Made by a program: the position numbers and the translations under genes. From a virus (lineage: Duplodnaviria; Caudoviricetes), in the IMG/VR virus record IMGVR_UViG_3300036835_000480, positions 1,224-65,223 of that record: a DNA stretch of 64,000 bases. One strand, written 5' to 3'. Positions within the stretch are counted from its first letter, which is position 1; every line of letters starts with the position of its first letter. Positions 54,729 through 64,000 of the stretch are shown piece by piece. Below the pieces are notes generated by a model. That model did no database searches and was not told the origin of the DNA. It was given only the letters and a program-made list of their open reading frames with translations.

Positions 54729-56384
54729 CTATCCCGCCGGTCGAATAAAGCCCGCCGGCCGGTACTGGCGCTCGTCGCGCGCCTGCCAGCCGGCGGGGAC
54801 GGGCGTCCACGACTGGCCGGCATCGGCGCTGTAATAGGTTGGGCTATCCGCGAAGCCGAGGCGCAGCAACAACGCGCTCAACTCGCGATCCCAGGCGAGC
54901 AGTTGGAGAAAGGCGCCCCCGGTGCCGAGTCCGGCGGGAAAGGGCGTCCAGGTGTTCCCGTCGTCGCTACTCTGGCCCCAGAGCGGCGTCTGCGCTGCCG
55001 CTGCATCCTGCCAGGCCGCGATCAGGCGCACGCTGTCGCTGCCGCCCGGCCCGGCCGCCATCAAACTCACGTTGCGCGGCGCGAGCCCCTGGGGGATGCG
55101 CCGCACCGTCCGCTCCGACACGATCGCCAGGGCGGGCACGTTCGGCGGCGGCGGCGGCGGCGGCGCCAGCGTCGGGTAGCCGTCGAACCAGGGCCCCTCC
55201 AGCGGCGGGCCGAATGGCGCGACCGGACGGTGCTCTGAGTTGGCATCCATCCCCAGGCGCAAGGCGAGCGCTCCGGGCGCGGCGCTACTCAGTTCGCCGG
55301 CCTGCCAGGTCCAGAGGAAGCAGCCCGAGGGGTTCGCGTAGATATCCCCGCCACTGGTATCCTGGTAGCCGTCCGCGTGGCCGGTACCGCCCGGCTCGCT
55401 GGCGGACCAGCTCCAGCGCTGCGTCGTCGTATCGTAGCTCTGGACGCTGGCCAGGTCGCTCCGTCCCCCCGCGACCAGGGCGACGAAGTCAAAGAAGCTC
55501 ACCCGCTGCTCGGTGGTCTCGAAGTCGATCATCTGGCCCGGGGGGTCGCCGATCAGCGTCGTATGTTTGTGACTCTGGAGCCGGACGGTCGTGTAGCGCT
55601 CTCGCTGGACGAGCGCACCGCTCTGGCCGGGCGTCGGGTCGATCCAGAGCCAGTTATCCCCTGCCCCGAGCACCGCGCTCGCCGTCCGGGTCCACGGGGC
55701 GGTCGGGTCCGCCGCCGGGCCGTAGGCCTCCAGGGTCTGTCCGGCCCCGGCGAGCCAGATCTGCCCGAGGCCATCCACGCCGACGAGGAGCTGATGGTTG
55801 CGCCCGACGAGGAGGAGCTGGGGCCGCTCATCGGCGACGGGCGGCCAGGAGAGGCGGTAGATCGAGGGCGTGAGCTTCGCGCCCGGCCCGACCCCCTCCG
55901 CGGTGAGCACCTGGTAGTAGAAGTACGCCCCGCCGGGCACCTTGATCCAGGGCGGGCCGTCGTCCACCGGCCCGACCGCCAGCCGCGTTCCCTCCGGCGG
56001 GAGCTGCACGGGAAAATGGACCGGGTACACGTCGTGTAGCGTCGGGCGGTTCGGGCCGTAGAGCACGCCCGTGACCGGCTCGTCGATGCCCGCGATGGCA
56101 ACGGTGCAGGTCTTGCCCGTGATCGCCAGCACCTCGCCGGGCAGGACGCGGCGCACCCACGGCAGCGCGCCCCACTTCTGACGCCAGTAGCGGTCGTAGG
56201 CGTCCCAGAAGGCCTCCGTCAGCGGGCCGGCTGCCTCGACGGGCGTCTCGCCCGCCTCGATCGCCGCCACCAGCGCGTCGGCCACCTCGGGCACGACCAG
56301 CGCGGTCGTGACCGCATCGAAGGCGCGCGGCGGATCACCGACCAGGTCGGCGTAGGTGACGGGCTTCTCTACGGGCTCGGCCAC
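54729..56384 (-). CDS. minor tail/baseplate protein with Asp-box motifs
   Basis: SSDDGNTW, SADAGQSW. Confidence 0.65.
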   Translation of the reverse strand: MAEPVEKPVTYADLVGDPPRAFDAVTTALVVPEVADALVAAIEAGETPVEAAGPLTEAFWDAYDRYWRQKWGALPWVRRVLPGEVLAITGKTCTVAIAGIDEPVTGVLYGPNRPTLHDVYPVHFPVQLPPEGTRLAVGPVDDGPPWIKVPGGAYFYYQVLTAEGVGPGAKLTPSIYRLSWPPVADERPQLLLVGRNHQLLVGVDGLGQIWLAGAGQTLEAYGPAADPTAPWTRTASAVLGAGDNWLWIDPTPGQSGALVQRERYTTVRLQSHKHTTLIGDPPGQMIDFETTEQRVSFFDFVALVAGGRSDLASVQSYDTTTQRWSWSASEPGGTGHADGYQDTSGGDIYANPSGCFLWTWQAGELSSAAPGALALRLGMDANSEHRPVAPFGPPLEGPWFDGYPTLAPPPPPPPNVPALAIVSERTVRRIPQGLAPRNVSLMAAGPGGSDSVRLIAAWQDAAAAQTPLWGQSSDDGNTWTPFPAGLGTGGAFLQLLAWDRELSALLLRLGFADSPTYYSADAGQSWTPVPAGWQARDERQYRPAGFIRPAG

Positions 56385-56387
56385 GCC

Positions 56388-56744
56388 TCACTCCAGCACG
56401 TCGTCGATCCACATCGTCTTGGTCTCGTCGTCGATGAACACGCGCACCCGTTTGCCGACGATCTGCGCCGGGCTCCAGCTCTTGCGCCCCCAGGCCGCGC
56501 GGGTGCCCGGCTGCGCCACGCCCTGCGGGAAGGGATCGAGATTGACCGTCGCCGTCTTGCCCGCGGTGTTCAGCCCCGTGCAGGTGCCCAGCCAGGGCCG
56601 CGCCTGGGGACGGTATTTTTTGAATAATTCATCCGTGTAATCTTTCAAACTCTGAATATATTGCTCCACCGCCGCCTGGATGCGCGCGCGGTGCCCCTCG
56701 ACGCTGGCATCCTCCGGGAGGGGGCGGTCCGGCATGTCCGCCAC
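56388..56744 (-). CDS. hypothetical tail-module protein (OB-fold-like C-terminus)
   Basis: TAGTG overlap; GTCTGL...ATVNL...VGKRVRV. Confidence 0.6.
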   Translation of the reverse strand: MADMPDRPLPEDASVEGHRARIQAAVEQYIQSLKDYTDELFKKYRPQARPWLGTCTGLNTAGKTATVNLDPFPQGVAQPGTRAAWGRKSWSPAQIVGKRVRVFIDDETKTMWIDDVLE

Positions 56745-58267
56745 TAGCCGTCTCCATCCGCGACCCACTCCGCGCTGAGCGTCCCCACGCTCTCGTCGAG
56801 CGGCTGGGAGACCCCCGTGAGTCGGTACCACCCATTGACGATGGCGCCATCAGCAATTCGGACCTCGTCCCCCAGGTCATAAAAGGGTACCGCTGAGTCG
56901 GCGGTGATACTCAGCGTATCCGCGGCGCCGAGTTCCGTCGCCAGCAGATAGGCGGCGTAGGCGTTCGCCGTACCGAACGGCGCGGTGCTGGTACCCGGCT
57001 GTCGGTCCGTAATCTGCTGCGTCTTCGTCACCCCCGGGCGGTGCGGGTTCACGCTCGACGCCGAGACGGCGAGCCCGCCGTAATCGACGGTCATGGGGAA
57101 TCCGCCCACGGGTAGCCCCACGGCGTCGGAGCGATTCTCGATGCCTCTCCCCGAGAACATTCTGCGGCTGCCTGGTAGCTCGGGGAACCCCCCGCCCCCC
57201 GCGCCGGCATCTTGCCCCGTCGGGTCGTTCGCCACCATCTGGTAGTGGACGGCGGTAAAGCTGGCATCGCGCACCGCGCGGCTGAGCTGCTCCCAGGGTA
57301 GCGCCAGCAGCCCGCCGACGGCCGGATCGCGGCTCACCACCCACGGCCCCGCCCGCCGCAGGAGCCCCGGGCGGAGCGCCGGCCGTCCCTGGCTGTCGTA
57401 GGTGATGCGGAACGGCTCGTAGTTCCACAGGTAGTCGAACAGGTCGCCCCAGGTGGCCGGCTGGCCGGCGTTGGTGATCAGCACGGGTACGTCACCGAAT
57501 AGCCCCGGGTGCCCCCCGGGTAATTCAGGGATATCGCGCGCGCCACCGTCCGCCGGCGGCGTGGGTGCCACGGGCGCGCCGCGCAGGTCGACGCCGGCCC
57601 AGGCGGGGTCGATCACCAACCCCAGCGCGCCCTTGTCCCAGAGCTGGGCGGCGATGTAGGTGGCGACCGTATCCGGCCCGCCGATCGGCGGCATGCCGCG
57701 GCCGATCTGAAAGGCCGCGTCGCTCTGCAGGCGGCCCCAGGACATGTAGCCGGAGGCGCTGTACTCGGCGCGGTAGACGTGCGTCAGCCAGTCCACGGCG
57801 GTATGCGTGAGCGGGTTGCCGCCCAGCGCGTCGTCGTCGCGGCTCGGGCAGCTATCGTTGACGTAGACCGGGCTCTGCCAGGTGAGCGGCCCGCCGCCGG
57901 CGCTCTCGACCGTCCAGACCACGCGCAGCGCGTTGCTCAGCGCCACGTAGCCGGCCAGCGGCCCGCCGGGCAGATAGCCCGCCGGATCGTTCAGCACCAA
58001 CCGCAGCGTCTCCTGCTGATAGCGGCGGTTGACCAGTTGCGCCTCGCGGCGCGAGCCGACGCCGACGCTGGGGAGCGCCGTCAGGTTCGAGTAGTCGCTG
58101 ATCTCGACCTGGTAGACCGTCGTCGTGGCGGCCCGCCAGGGCATGGTGAACGCGCCCAGCCAGGGCGCCGGCCCGCTGAACACCGCGCGCGTCTCGTCCA
58201 TCCCCGGCGGGAGCTGCCAGGGCCCGTAGTAAGGGCTGCCGTAGCGCACACTGCCGTAGACCGGCAC
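56744..58267 (-). CDS. tail hub/baseplate-type protein
   Basis: second gene after the tape measure; YDLGDEVRI...WYRLTGVS C-terminus. Confidence 0.65.
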   Translation of the reverse strand: MPVYGSVRYGSPYYGPWQLPPGMDETRAVFSGPAPWLGAFTMPWRAATTTVYQVEISDYSNLTALPSVGVGSRREAQLVNRRYQQETLRLVLNDPAGYLPGGPLAGYVALSNALRVVWTVESAGGGPLTWQSPVYVNDSCPSRDDDALGGNPLTHTAVDWLTHVYRAEYSASGYMSWGRLQSDAAFQIGRGMPPIGGPDTVATYIAAQLWDKGALGLVIDPAWAGVDLRGAPVAPTPPADGGARDIPELPGGHPGLFGDVPVLITNAGQPATWGDLFDYLWNYEPFRITYDSQGRPALRPGLLRRAGPWVVSRDPAVGGLLALPWEQLSRAVRDASFTAVHYQMVANDPTGQDAGAGGGGFPELPGSRRMFSGRGIENRSDAVGLPVGGFPMTVDYGGLAVSASSVNPHRPGVTKTQQITDRQPGTSTAPFGTANAYAAYLLATELGAADTLSITADSAVPFYDLGDEVRIADGAIVNGWYRLTGVSQPLDESVGTLSAEWVADGDG

Positions 58268-58269
58268 GG

Positions 58270-58644
58270 CTAGACCTCCGCCAGCGTGGCGCTGAGCATG
58301 AAATACCCCGAGAAATCCTGTTCGCCGAGCCCCTGGCTGGTATCGAAGATGACGTTGAGGATCTCGCGGTGGGTATAGAGTACGTAGGGACCGCGCTGCT
58401 CGTAGGCGTTGCGGATCACGTTCAGGCGCGCCTCCAGGTCAACCCCCCAGGGCACGTACATCACGATCGGGAGGGTGCGCTTGGCGAGCGGATCGCCGCG
58501 CGTGATCAGCGTCGGCGGACCCCCGTTCGGGTCGTCGGCCTTGCGCGCGCGCGCCGGCCGCTGCCACTGCGGATCGCCCGTGACGTAGACCGTTACGTCC
58601 ACGCCGAGCGCGCCGGAGCCAAAGCGCCAGGGAACGGGGGTCAT
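58270..58644 (-). CDS. distal tail-like protein
   Basis: ATGA overlap with the tape measure; ends LSATLAEV. Confidence 0.55.
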   Translation of the reverse strand: MTPVPWRFGSGALGVDVTVYVTGDPQWQRPARARKADDPNGGPPTLITRGDPLAKRTLPIVMYVPWGVDLEARLNVIRNAYEQRGPYVLYTHREILNVIFDTSQGLGEQDFSGYFMLSATLAEV

Positions 58645-61600
58645 ACGCGCAGCCGCGCTTTCGCCACGTCGGCGGCCTTGCTGAGCATGTCTTTGCTGGT
58701 CTCGAGTATGTTCGTCTGGCCCAGCGTCACCGACGGGCCGGCGGCCTTCTCCACCGCCCGGCGGATAGCGCGCAGGTTTTCGAGCTGCTCGTCGAGGTTC
58801 TTCTTCTGCTCCTGGAAATCGCGCTCGGCCTTCGCCTGCTCGCGGCGCCGCTGCGCTTCCTGCTCGTCGAACTGCACTTCCGCCGCTGTGCGCCCCTGCT
58901 GTTTGGGGTCGCGCGCGCGCTCCTCGGCCTCCTTGATTAGCGCATCCCAGTATTTCTGGCGCGCCGCCGCTTCCTGCTCGTCCAGCTTCTTCTGGCGCGC
59001 GGCGTTGTCCTCGATCGCCTTCTCCTGGGCAGCGCCGAACTGCTGGGTCGTCTTCCCCTGCGCGGCGGCCCCGTCGCGGATCGCCTTCTCCAGCGCGTCG
59101 TCGGCCGTCTTCACGCGGGTATCGCGCTCCTTCGCGGCCTGGGCGACCTGCTGGTTGTACGTCGCGATCAGCTTGCCGACCTGCTCGTTGAGCTTGTTCA
59201 TTTGGTCGGCAGCCTTCTCCGTCGCTTTCTGGAGCTGCTGGTTGCTGCTCTGGAGCGTCTGGTTGAGCTGGTTAGCCTGGCTCTGCTGGTTCAGGGCGTC
59301 GGTCCCCTGCTGCTGGATCTCGGCCAGCCGCCGCGCGGACTCCTTGCTCTGGGCATCGGTAAACCCGAAGGCGTCGAGCGCGGCATTTTGCTGGCGGATC
59401 GAGATTGCGTTGGCCTGCTGCCGCTGCTGATCGTTGAACGCCTCCATCGCCTGGGCCTGCGCCCGCAGCCCCTGCGCGGCGGCCTCGCCGATCTGCTTGA
59501 CGATGTCGGCCATCTGCTGGCCGACGCCCTGCAGCCCCTGCGTGAGCGTCTGCTGGGCGCTGGTGACGGCGTCGCGGTACTGCTGCTGTGCATCCCGGAT
59601 CGCCGCGGCGTGCTGCGTGATCGCGGCCTGGATCGCCTGATCGGTTTGGATAGTCGCGTCGTTCGCCGCGCGGCTCGCGGTCGCAATGTCGCGCCCGACC
59701 TGCTGGCTCGACGCCGTGCGCGCCGCGTCGATCTCGCGCAGGCTGTTGCGGAAATCCGTCTGCACCTCGTCGCGAGTCCGCTGCGCGTCGACCTGCTGCA
59801 CCGCAAATTGGCGCTGCGCCTGGTCCTCGGCGCGCGCGCGCTCGGCCTGGCCCTCCTGGAAATTGCGCTGGAGCTTGCCGAGCGCGTCCTCGGTCTTCTG
59901 AATGTCCACGTCGATCTTGAGGGTGAGCTGGCCGTTCTGGCGCACGAACGTCGTGAGCGCGCTGATCTGCTCGCGCGCGTCCTGCGCCGCGGTGCCCCCG
60001 GCCTCCAGATCGCGCACGAGCCGGTCGGTGAGCCCGCCCGCGCCGAGCGCCGTCAGCAGCGTACGGTATGCCTCGGTGCTCTGCCCGGTCGCCGCCAGGA
60101 ACTTCGCCTGCGCCGCAGTCGCGCTATCGGTCGCCTCGGCGAGCGCGGTCATTCCCCCGCCGAGCCGCGCCCGCTGCTCCTCCTCCAGGAAGCCCGCGAA
60201 GCCCTTGGCCAGCGCGCCGACCTGGTCCACGATGAGCTTGAGCTGCTGCTGGGTAAGCTGCGTCACGTCGCCGAACTGGCCCAGGTCGATACCGGCCTGC
60301 CGCGCCGCCTCGGCCATCGCTGCATACGGGCCTTCTGTCGCCTTGACCGCTTCGACGTTGGCGATCTGCTGCGCCGTGAGCGCGGGATAGACCGCGCTGG
60401 CGAGATCATTCAGCGGCTTCGCCAGCGCGCTCGCACTCGCCGCCGCCGCGGCCGCGCTCTTGGCCTGCGCGTCGAGCGCGGCCGCCGCCAGGTCGCCGGC
60501 CTGCTTCTGGAGCGCCAGCGCCTCGGCCAGGTCGGTGCTCTTGGCCGCCGCGTCACGGAGCGCGATCACCTGCGCGGCGATCGTCTTGTCGTGGATCTCG
60601 AAGACCTGGCTGGACTCCTCGGTCGCCTCCTTCGCCTTGAGGATCCCCTCGACCAGCGCGCCGCTGGTGACGCCCGAGAGGTTCTTCACGGGATCGAGGG
60701 CCTTCACCAGCTCGGCATTCCAGTCGACCTGGACGCCGATGGCGGCGGCAAGGCCCGCCGCCAGCCGTTCTTGCGCGGTTTTCTGCAGCTCGATCTGTTG
60801 TGCCTGCGCGGCCGCCGCCGCGGCCGCCTTCTGCTGCGCCTCGGTCAGCCCCTCTTGAGCGCTCGTGCCCGCCTCGATGGAGCGCTGGAGGTCGGCGTGG
60901 GATTCGGCGAGGAGCGCGTTGGCCAGGGTGGCGTCCCTGGTCTCCTTCTCGTTCGCGATGATCATCGCGTTCAGATCGTCGATCACGTTCGTGGTGTTCG
61001 CGATCCTGGCGATATCCGCGTCGGAGGCTGCGGTGCTGACCTTGAGCGGCCCCTGCGGCACGCCCTCCGCGGGCTTGAGCTGCCCCGTGCCGGGATCGAC
61101 GCCGGTGGCCGGCGCCGGCGAGCCCGGCAGCGGCTGGCCGCCGAGCGCCTGGATCAGCCGCGCCGCCTCGCGCGTCCGCGGATCGGCGAGAAACTTGTCG
61201 ATCGCCTCCCCGACCTTGCCCATTCCCGTAACAAAGCCGCTGAGCGCGGTGACGACCTCGGTCAGGGTCGGGAGCAGCGTATCGCCGAGCTGGCCCGCGA
61301 GCGCCGTGACCGACTGCTCGAAGCGCTTCGTCGCGGAGACGGCGGTATCGGCCATCGTGTTGTAGGCGTCGCTCGTGCTGCCCGCCTGCTCCTGGTTCGT
61401 GCGCAGCGCCTCGCGGACCGTATCGAGCTGGTTCAGCAGCACCTGCGCCGCCTGCCGCGCCTGCAGATCGGGGAAGAGCTGCTGTAAGACGTTCGCCTTC
61501 TGGGCTTCGCTCAGCCCCTCTAGACGGCGCCGCAGGGCATCGAGGATCTCGATCGGCGCTGCCAGCTTCCCGTTCGCGTCGGCGACGGCAATCCCCAGGT

Positions 61601-62477
61601 CTTTGAAATCCTGCGTGGTCTCTTTCGTGACCAGCTTGAGCAGGAGATTGTTCAGGTTGTTCAGGTTCTGCGCCGCATCGCCGCCTTCCTTCGTTACGCC
61701 GACGATGAGCGCGCCCATCTCTTCGAGGGAGACGCCGGCGGCCTTCGCGCTGGCGGTGATCGGGCCTAGCCCGGCGGCAAGCTGCTGGCCGGTGACGACG
61801 CCATCGCGCACGGTGTTAAAGAACACGTCCGCGACGTGCGTGGCGTCAGTAGTCGCGAGCTTATAGGCGTTCAGGATGCCGACGATCGCCGTCCCGAAGG
61901 TCGAGGCGTCGGTCTGCGCGGCGACGGCGCCCTGGGCGAACGTGCGCAGCAGCTCGATCGCTTGCTGCTGGGGCACGTTGATCGAGGAGAAGAGGTTGTA
62001 CAGCCCCTTCGCCAGGGAGTCGGCGGACTGGCCGGTCTCGGCGGCGAGCTGGCGGAGCGAGGCCGTCGCCGCGGTGGTATCCAGGTCCAGCTTGATCGAT
62101 TTGACCGCGGCGACCTGAAATTGCAGATCGGCGGCGACCTTCGCTGCCGCGGCCAGGCCGGCGATCAGCCCCGTGACCGCCGCGCCGAGCGCCGCGACCC
62201 CGGCGGTCGCCCCGCCGATCCCGAGGAGCGTCTGGGTCGCCTGCGGGGCGAGCCCCGACACCTGGCCTAACTCGGTGACGACGCCGCCTAGCGCGCCCTT
62301 GACCTGGGTCAGGTCCTGCGTGAGCTTATCCGCTTGCAGCCGCGGCTCGGGCACCTTGATCGAGCCGAAGAGCTGGTTGACGCGCGTGATCTCCTGGGCC
62401 AACTGGTTCGTCGCCGTGTTGACCTGAGAGATATCTAATAATGCTTCGGCGGTTATAGTTCCTGCTGAGATGGCCAC
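58641..62477 (-). CDS. tape measure protein (TP901 family core)
   Basis: 1278 aa Ala/Gln-rich; LAKGLY, ILNAY, VADVFFNTVRDG, AAGVSLEE. Confidence 0.92.
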   Translation of the reverse strand: MAISAGTITAEALLDISQVNTATNQLAQEITRVNQLFGSIKVPEPRLQADKLTQDLTQVKGALGGVVTELGQVSGLAPQATQTLLGIGGATAGVAALGAAVTGLIAGLAAAAKVAADLQFQVAAVKSIKLDLDTTAATASLRQLAAETGQSADSLAKGLYNLFSSINVPQQQAIELLRTFAQGAVAAQTDASTFGTAIVGILNAYKLATTDATHVADVFFNTVRDGVVTGQQLAAGLGPITASAKAAGVSLEEMGALIVGVTKEGGDAAQNLNNLNNLLLKLVTKETTQDFKDLGIAVADANGKLAAPIEILDALRRRLEGLSEAQKANVLQQLFPDLQARQAAQVLLNQLDTVREALRTNQEQAGSTSDAYNTMADTAVSATKRFEQSVTALAGQLGDTLLPTLTEVVTALSGFVTGMGKVGEAIDKFLADPRTREAARLIQALGGQPLPGSPAPATGVDPGTGQLKPAEGVPQGPLKVSTAASDADIARIANTTNVIDDLNAMIIANEKETRDATLANALLAESHADLQRSIEAGTSAQEGLTEAQQKAAAAAAAQAQQIELQKTAQERLAAGLAAAIGVQVDWNAELVKALDPVKNLSGVTSGALVEGILKAKEATEESSQVFEIHDKTIAAQVIALRDAAAKSTDLAEALALQKQAGDLAAAALDAQAKSAAAAAASASALAKPLNDLASAVYPALTAQQIANVEAVKATEGPYAAMAEAARQAGIDLGQFGDVTQLTQQQLKLIVDQVGALAKGFAGFLEEEQRARLGGGMTALAEATDSATAAQAKFLAATGQSTEAYRTLLTALGAGGLTDRLVRDLEAGGTAAQDAREQISALTTFVRQNGQLTLKIDVDIQKTEDALGKLQRNFQEGQAERARAEDQAQRQFAVQQVDAQRTRDEVQTDFRNSLREIDAARTASSQQVGRDIATASRAANDATIQTDQAIQAAITQHAAAIRDAQQQYRDAVTSAQQTLTQGLQGVGQQMADIVKQIGEAAAQGLRAQAQAMEAFNDQQRQQANAISIRQQNAALDAFGFTDAQSKESARRLAEIQQQGTDALNQQSQANQLNQTLQSSNQQLQKATEKAADQMNKLNEQVGKLIATYNQQVAQAAKERDTRVKTADDALEKAIRDGAAAQGKTTQQFGAAQEKAIEDNAARQKKLDEQEAAARQKYWDALIKEAEERARDPKQQGRTAAEVQFDEQEAQRRREQAKAERDFQEQKKNLDEQLENLRAIRRAVEKAAGPSVTLGQTNILETSKDMLSKAADVAKARLRV

Positions 62478-62480
62478 CGC

Positions 62481-62795
62481 TTAGCCCTCTCGTATCACGC
62501 GGCGCCACTGACCATCCGGCCCCTGTTCGACCCAGGGGATCGGCTGGTTCGGCTGGGCCCAGCGTACCTCGGTCCCGCTAATCGTGCCCACTGCCGGCAG
62601 CCCCGGCGGGGTCGGCGGGGCGACCGCCGGGGTCCGCCCCGCCTCCAGCGCCTCCCGCTCCGCCTGGCGGCGATGTGCCGCTAGATGCAGGGCTGCCTCG
62701 TCCAGCCACCAGCGGAGGTAGGCCGGCGCTCGCGGGATCAGAATGCTGCTCGGCCGCTGATGATACTCCTCCGCCATCACGCTTAGCGTGTGCAT
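62481..62795 (-). CDS. tail assembly chaperone, downstream (T-like) ORF
   Basis: MAEEYHQRPS...WWLDEAA; directly before the tape measure. Confidence 0.6.
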   Translation of the reverse strand: MHTLSVMAEEYHQRPSSILIPRAPAYLRWWLDEAALHLAAHRRQAEREALEAGRTPAVAPPTPPGLPAVGTISGTEVRWAQPNQPIPWVEQGPDGQWRRVIREG

Positions 62796-63333
62796 GCGGG
62801 TCGGGCGCCCGACGAACGCTTTTGAGCGCCTCCGCGCCGTTGTAGAAGAAGTCTGTCAGTCGGCGGCGCTGATCCGCGGTGAAGGCGCTGTACCAGAGAT
62901 GCCCCGCCGGGGGGCGACCGTCACGCACTCCCGCGGCGTAGGGTGGTGCGACGATCACGGCCGCCAGAAACTTGTCCTGGAGGTCGCGCGCTTCGGCCGC
63001 GGCGCGCCCCACGTCGACGATCGGCGGGGTAGGTACGTCCTGCGCGCGGTTCAGATTGCGCTGCGTCAGCGCCTCGTACGCGGCTATCGCGGTCGCAATC
63101 AGCGGATTCGCCACGTCGCCCTGGAAGGCGATCGCGTCGTAGCCGCGCGGGTCGATCAGGATCGGCGGGCGCGCGCCCTCGAAGATGTCGATCCAGATCG
63201 GACTGAGGTACTCCGCGAGCGCCGTGAAATCCTCCGCGCGCCAGGTCGGCGCCCGAAGCTCGGGCGCCGCTCGGGCTCCCAAAGCCCCTGCGCTCGCATC
63301 GGGGCTTTGGGAACCCTGACCGTTGCTGTGCAT
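62578..63333 (-). CDS. tail assembly chaperone (G-like)
   Basis: between the tail tube and tape measure; GAGG RBS. Confidence 0.6.
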   Translation of the reverse strand: MHSNGQGSQSPDASAGALGARAAPELRAPTWRAEDFTALAEYLSPIWIDIFEGARPPILIDPRGYDAIAFQGDVANPLIATAIAAYEALTQRNLNRAQDVPTPPIVDVGRAAAEARDLQDKFLAAVIVAPPYAAGVRDGRPPAGHLWYSAFTADQRRRLTDFFYNGAEALKSVRRAPDPHAHAKRDGGGVSSAAEQHSDPASAGLPPLVAGRGSPASSGTSPPGGAGGAGGGADPGGRPADPAGAAGSGHD

Positions 63334-63345
63334 CTGCGCCCCTCG

Positions 63346-64000
63346 TTACGCGGCGAGCGGCTCGCTGAACTCGCTCATCGGGATCATGCCGCCCGCGGTA
63401 TTCACGTTGCCGACGCTGTAGTGGATCGCCTGCGTCGCGCCGGGGATCGGCAGGCCGTTGATATCCACCGTCGTCGGGTTGGCCGACCAGTTGATCGGCG
63501 TGCCCTGGAGCGTGTTGTTGCCCGCCGTGCCCGGCACGAAGGGGTTCTGGAGCTGCGCCATCCAGATCAGGATGCGCTTGGTCACCGTCTTGTTCATGTC
63601 CGAGCCGTCGAGCGCCACCAAGTTGACGTGCATCTCGCACTGCGGATAGGTGCCCACCTGCGGGTGCATCAGGGAGAGCATGTCCGGCGGGATACCGGTT
63701 GTCTGGATGGGGATACCCATCGCGATCCAGAGCACGTCCTCGGGCCACTTGTTCGCCGTCAGCGTGCCCCGCAGCCCCTGCATGCGGAAGACGTGCTCGA
63801 CCGTGCCGTCGCCGGGGATAGCGATGTCCTGGATGTCCGTATTCGGCGTCCAGTCGGCGGTCTTGAGCACCTGCACGCCCTGGCGAATGAGCAGCGACGC
63901 GCCGCTAGCGTGGATCGCCGGCGTCGTGCCCTCGCGGCCGCGGACGCAGGGCGCCGAGGCGCCGGAGCCGGTGACGTAGATAATCTCGGTGTCGATCTTC
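63346..64000 (-). CDS. major tail (tube) protein, 5'-truncated by the window end
   Basis: frame open to the window end; GVQVL, IPGDG; position before the chaperones and tape measure. Confidence 0.65.
   Translation of the reverse strand, partial: KIDTEIIYVTGSGASAPCVRGREGTTPAIHASGASLLIRQGVQVLKTADWTPNTDIQDIAIPGDGTVEHVFRMQGLRGTLTANKWPEDVLWIAMGIPIQTTGIPPDMLSLMHPQVGTYPQCEMHVNLVALDGSDMNKTVTKRILIWMAQLQNPFVPGTAGNNTLQGTPINWSANPTTVDINGLPIPGATQAIHYSVGNVNTAGGMIPMSEFSEPLAA

Noticed and set aside
1-64000. Genome-wide reassignment of TGA to an amino acid
   Set aside because: Many genes end in TGA with ATGA/GTGA/TGATG coupling to the next gene; only the 11889 site looks read through.
1-64000. tRNA, tmRNA or rRNA genes
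   Set aside because: No cloverleaf with T-loop and acceptor stem was recognised by eye; tRNAscan-SE/ARAGORN would be needed to exclude them.

Overview
The window is an almost complete, circularly permuted genome of a GC-rich temperate siphovirus. It has an HK97-type head, a TP901-type tape measure protein, a tyrosine integrase, a repressor/Cro switch and an HTH replication initiator with iterons. Most genes lie on the minus strand, interrupted by plus-strand cassettes that each start with a conserved sigma70-like promoter box. The most striking signal is a set of selfish elements with shared design. There are six free-standing HNH/GIY-YIG endonuclease genes and one ORF-less IS200/IS605-type element. 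Five of these carry a TGGCGT-N4-ACGCCA-like palindrome 7-8 bp upstream of a -10 hexamer, and four carry a covarying bulged leader hairpin. Neighbouring genes show synonymously recoded ends. One insertion supplies a recoded replacement of the gene end it displaced. One recoded segment has an in-frame TGA at an apparent Cys position, followed by a SECIS-like hairpin. Also present are a glycosyltransferase cluster in the head module, a ParB/IbrA/IbrB/methyltransferase/oxygenase locus before the terminase, and three Com-like zinc ribbons. All family calls come from motif recognition by eye; no database searches were run.
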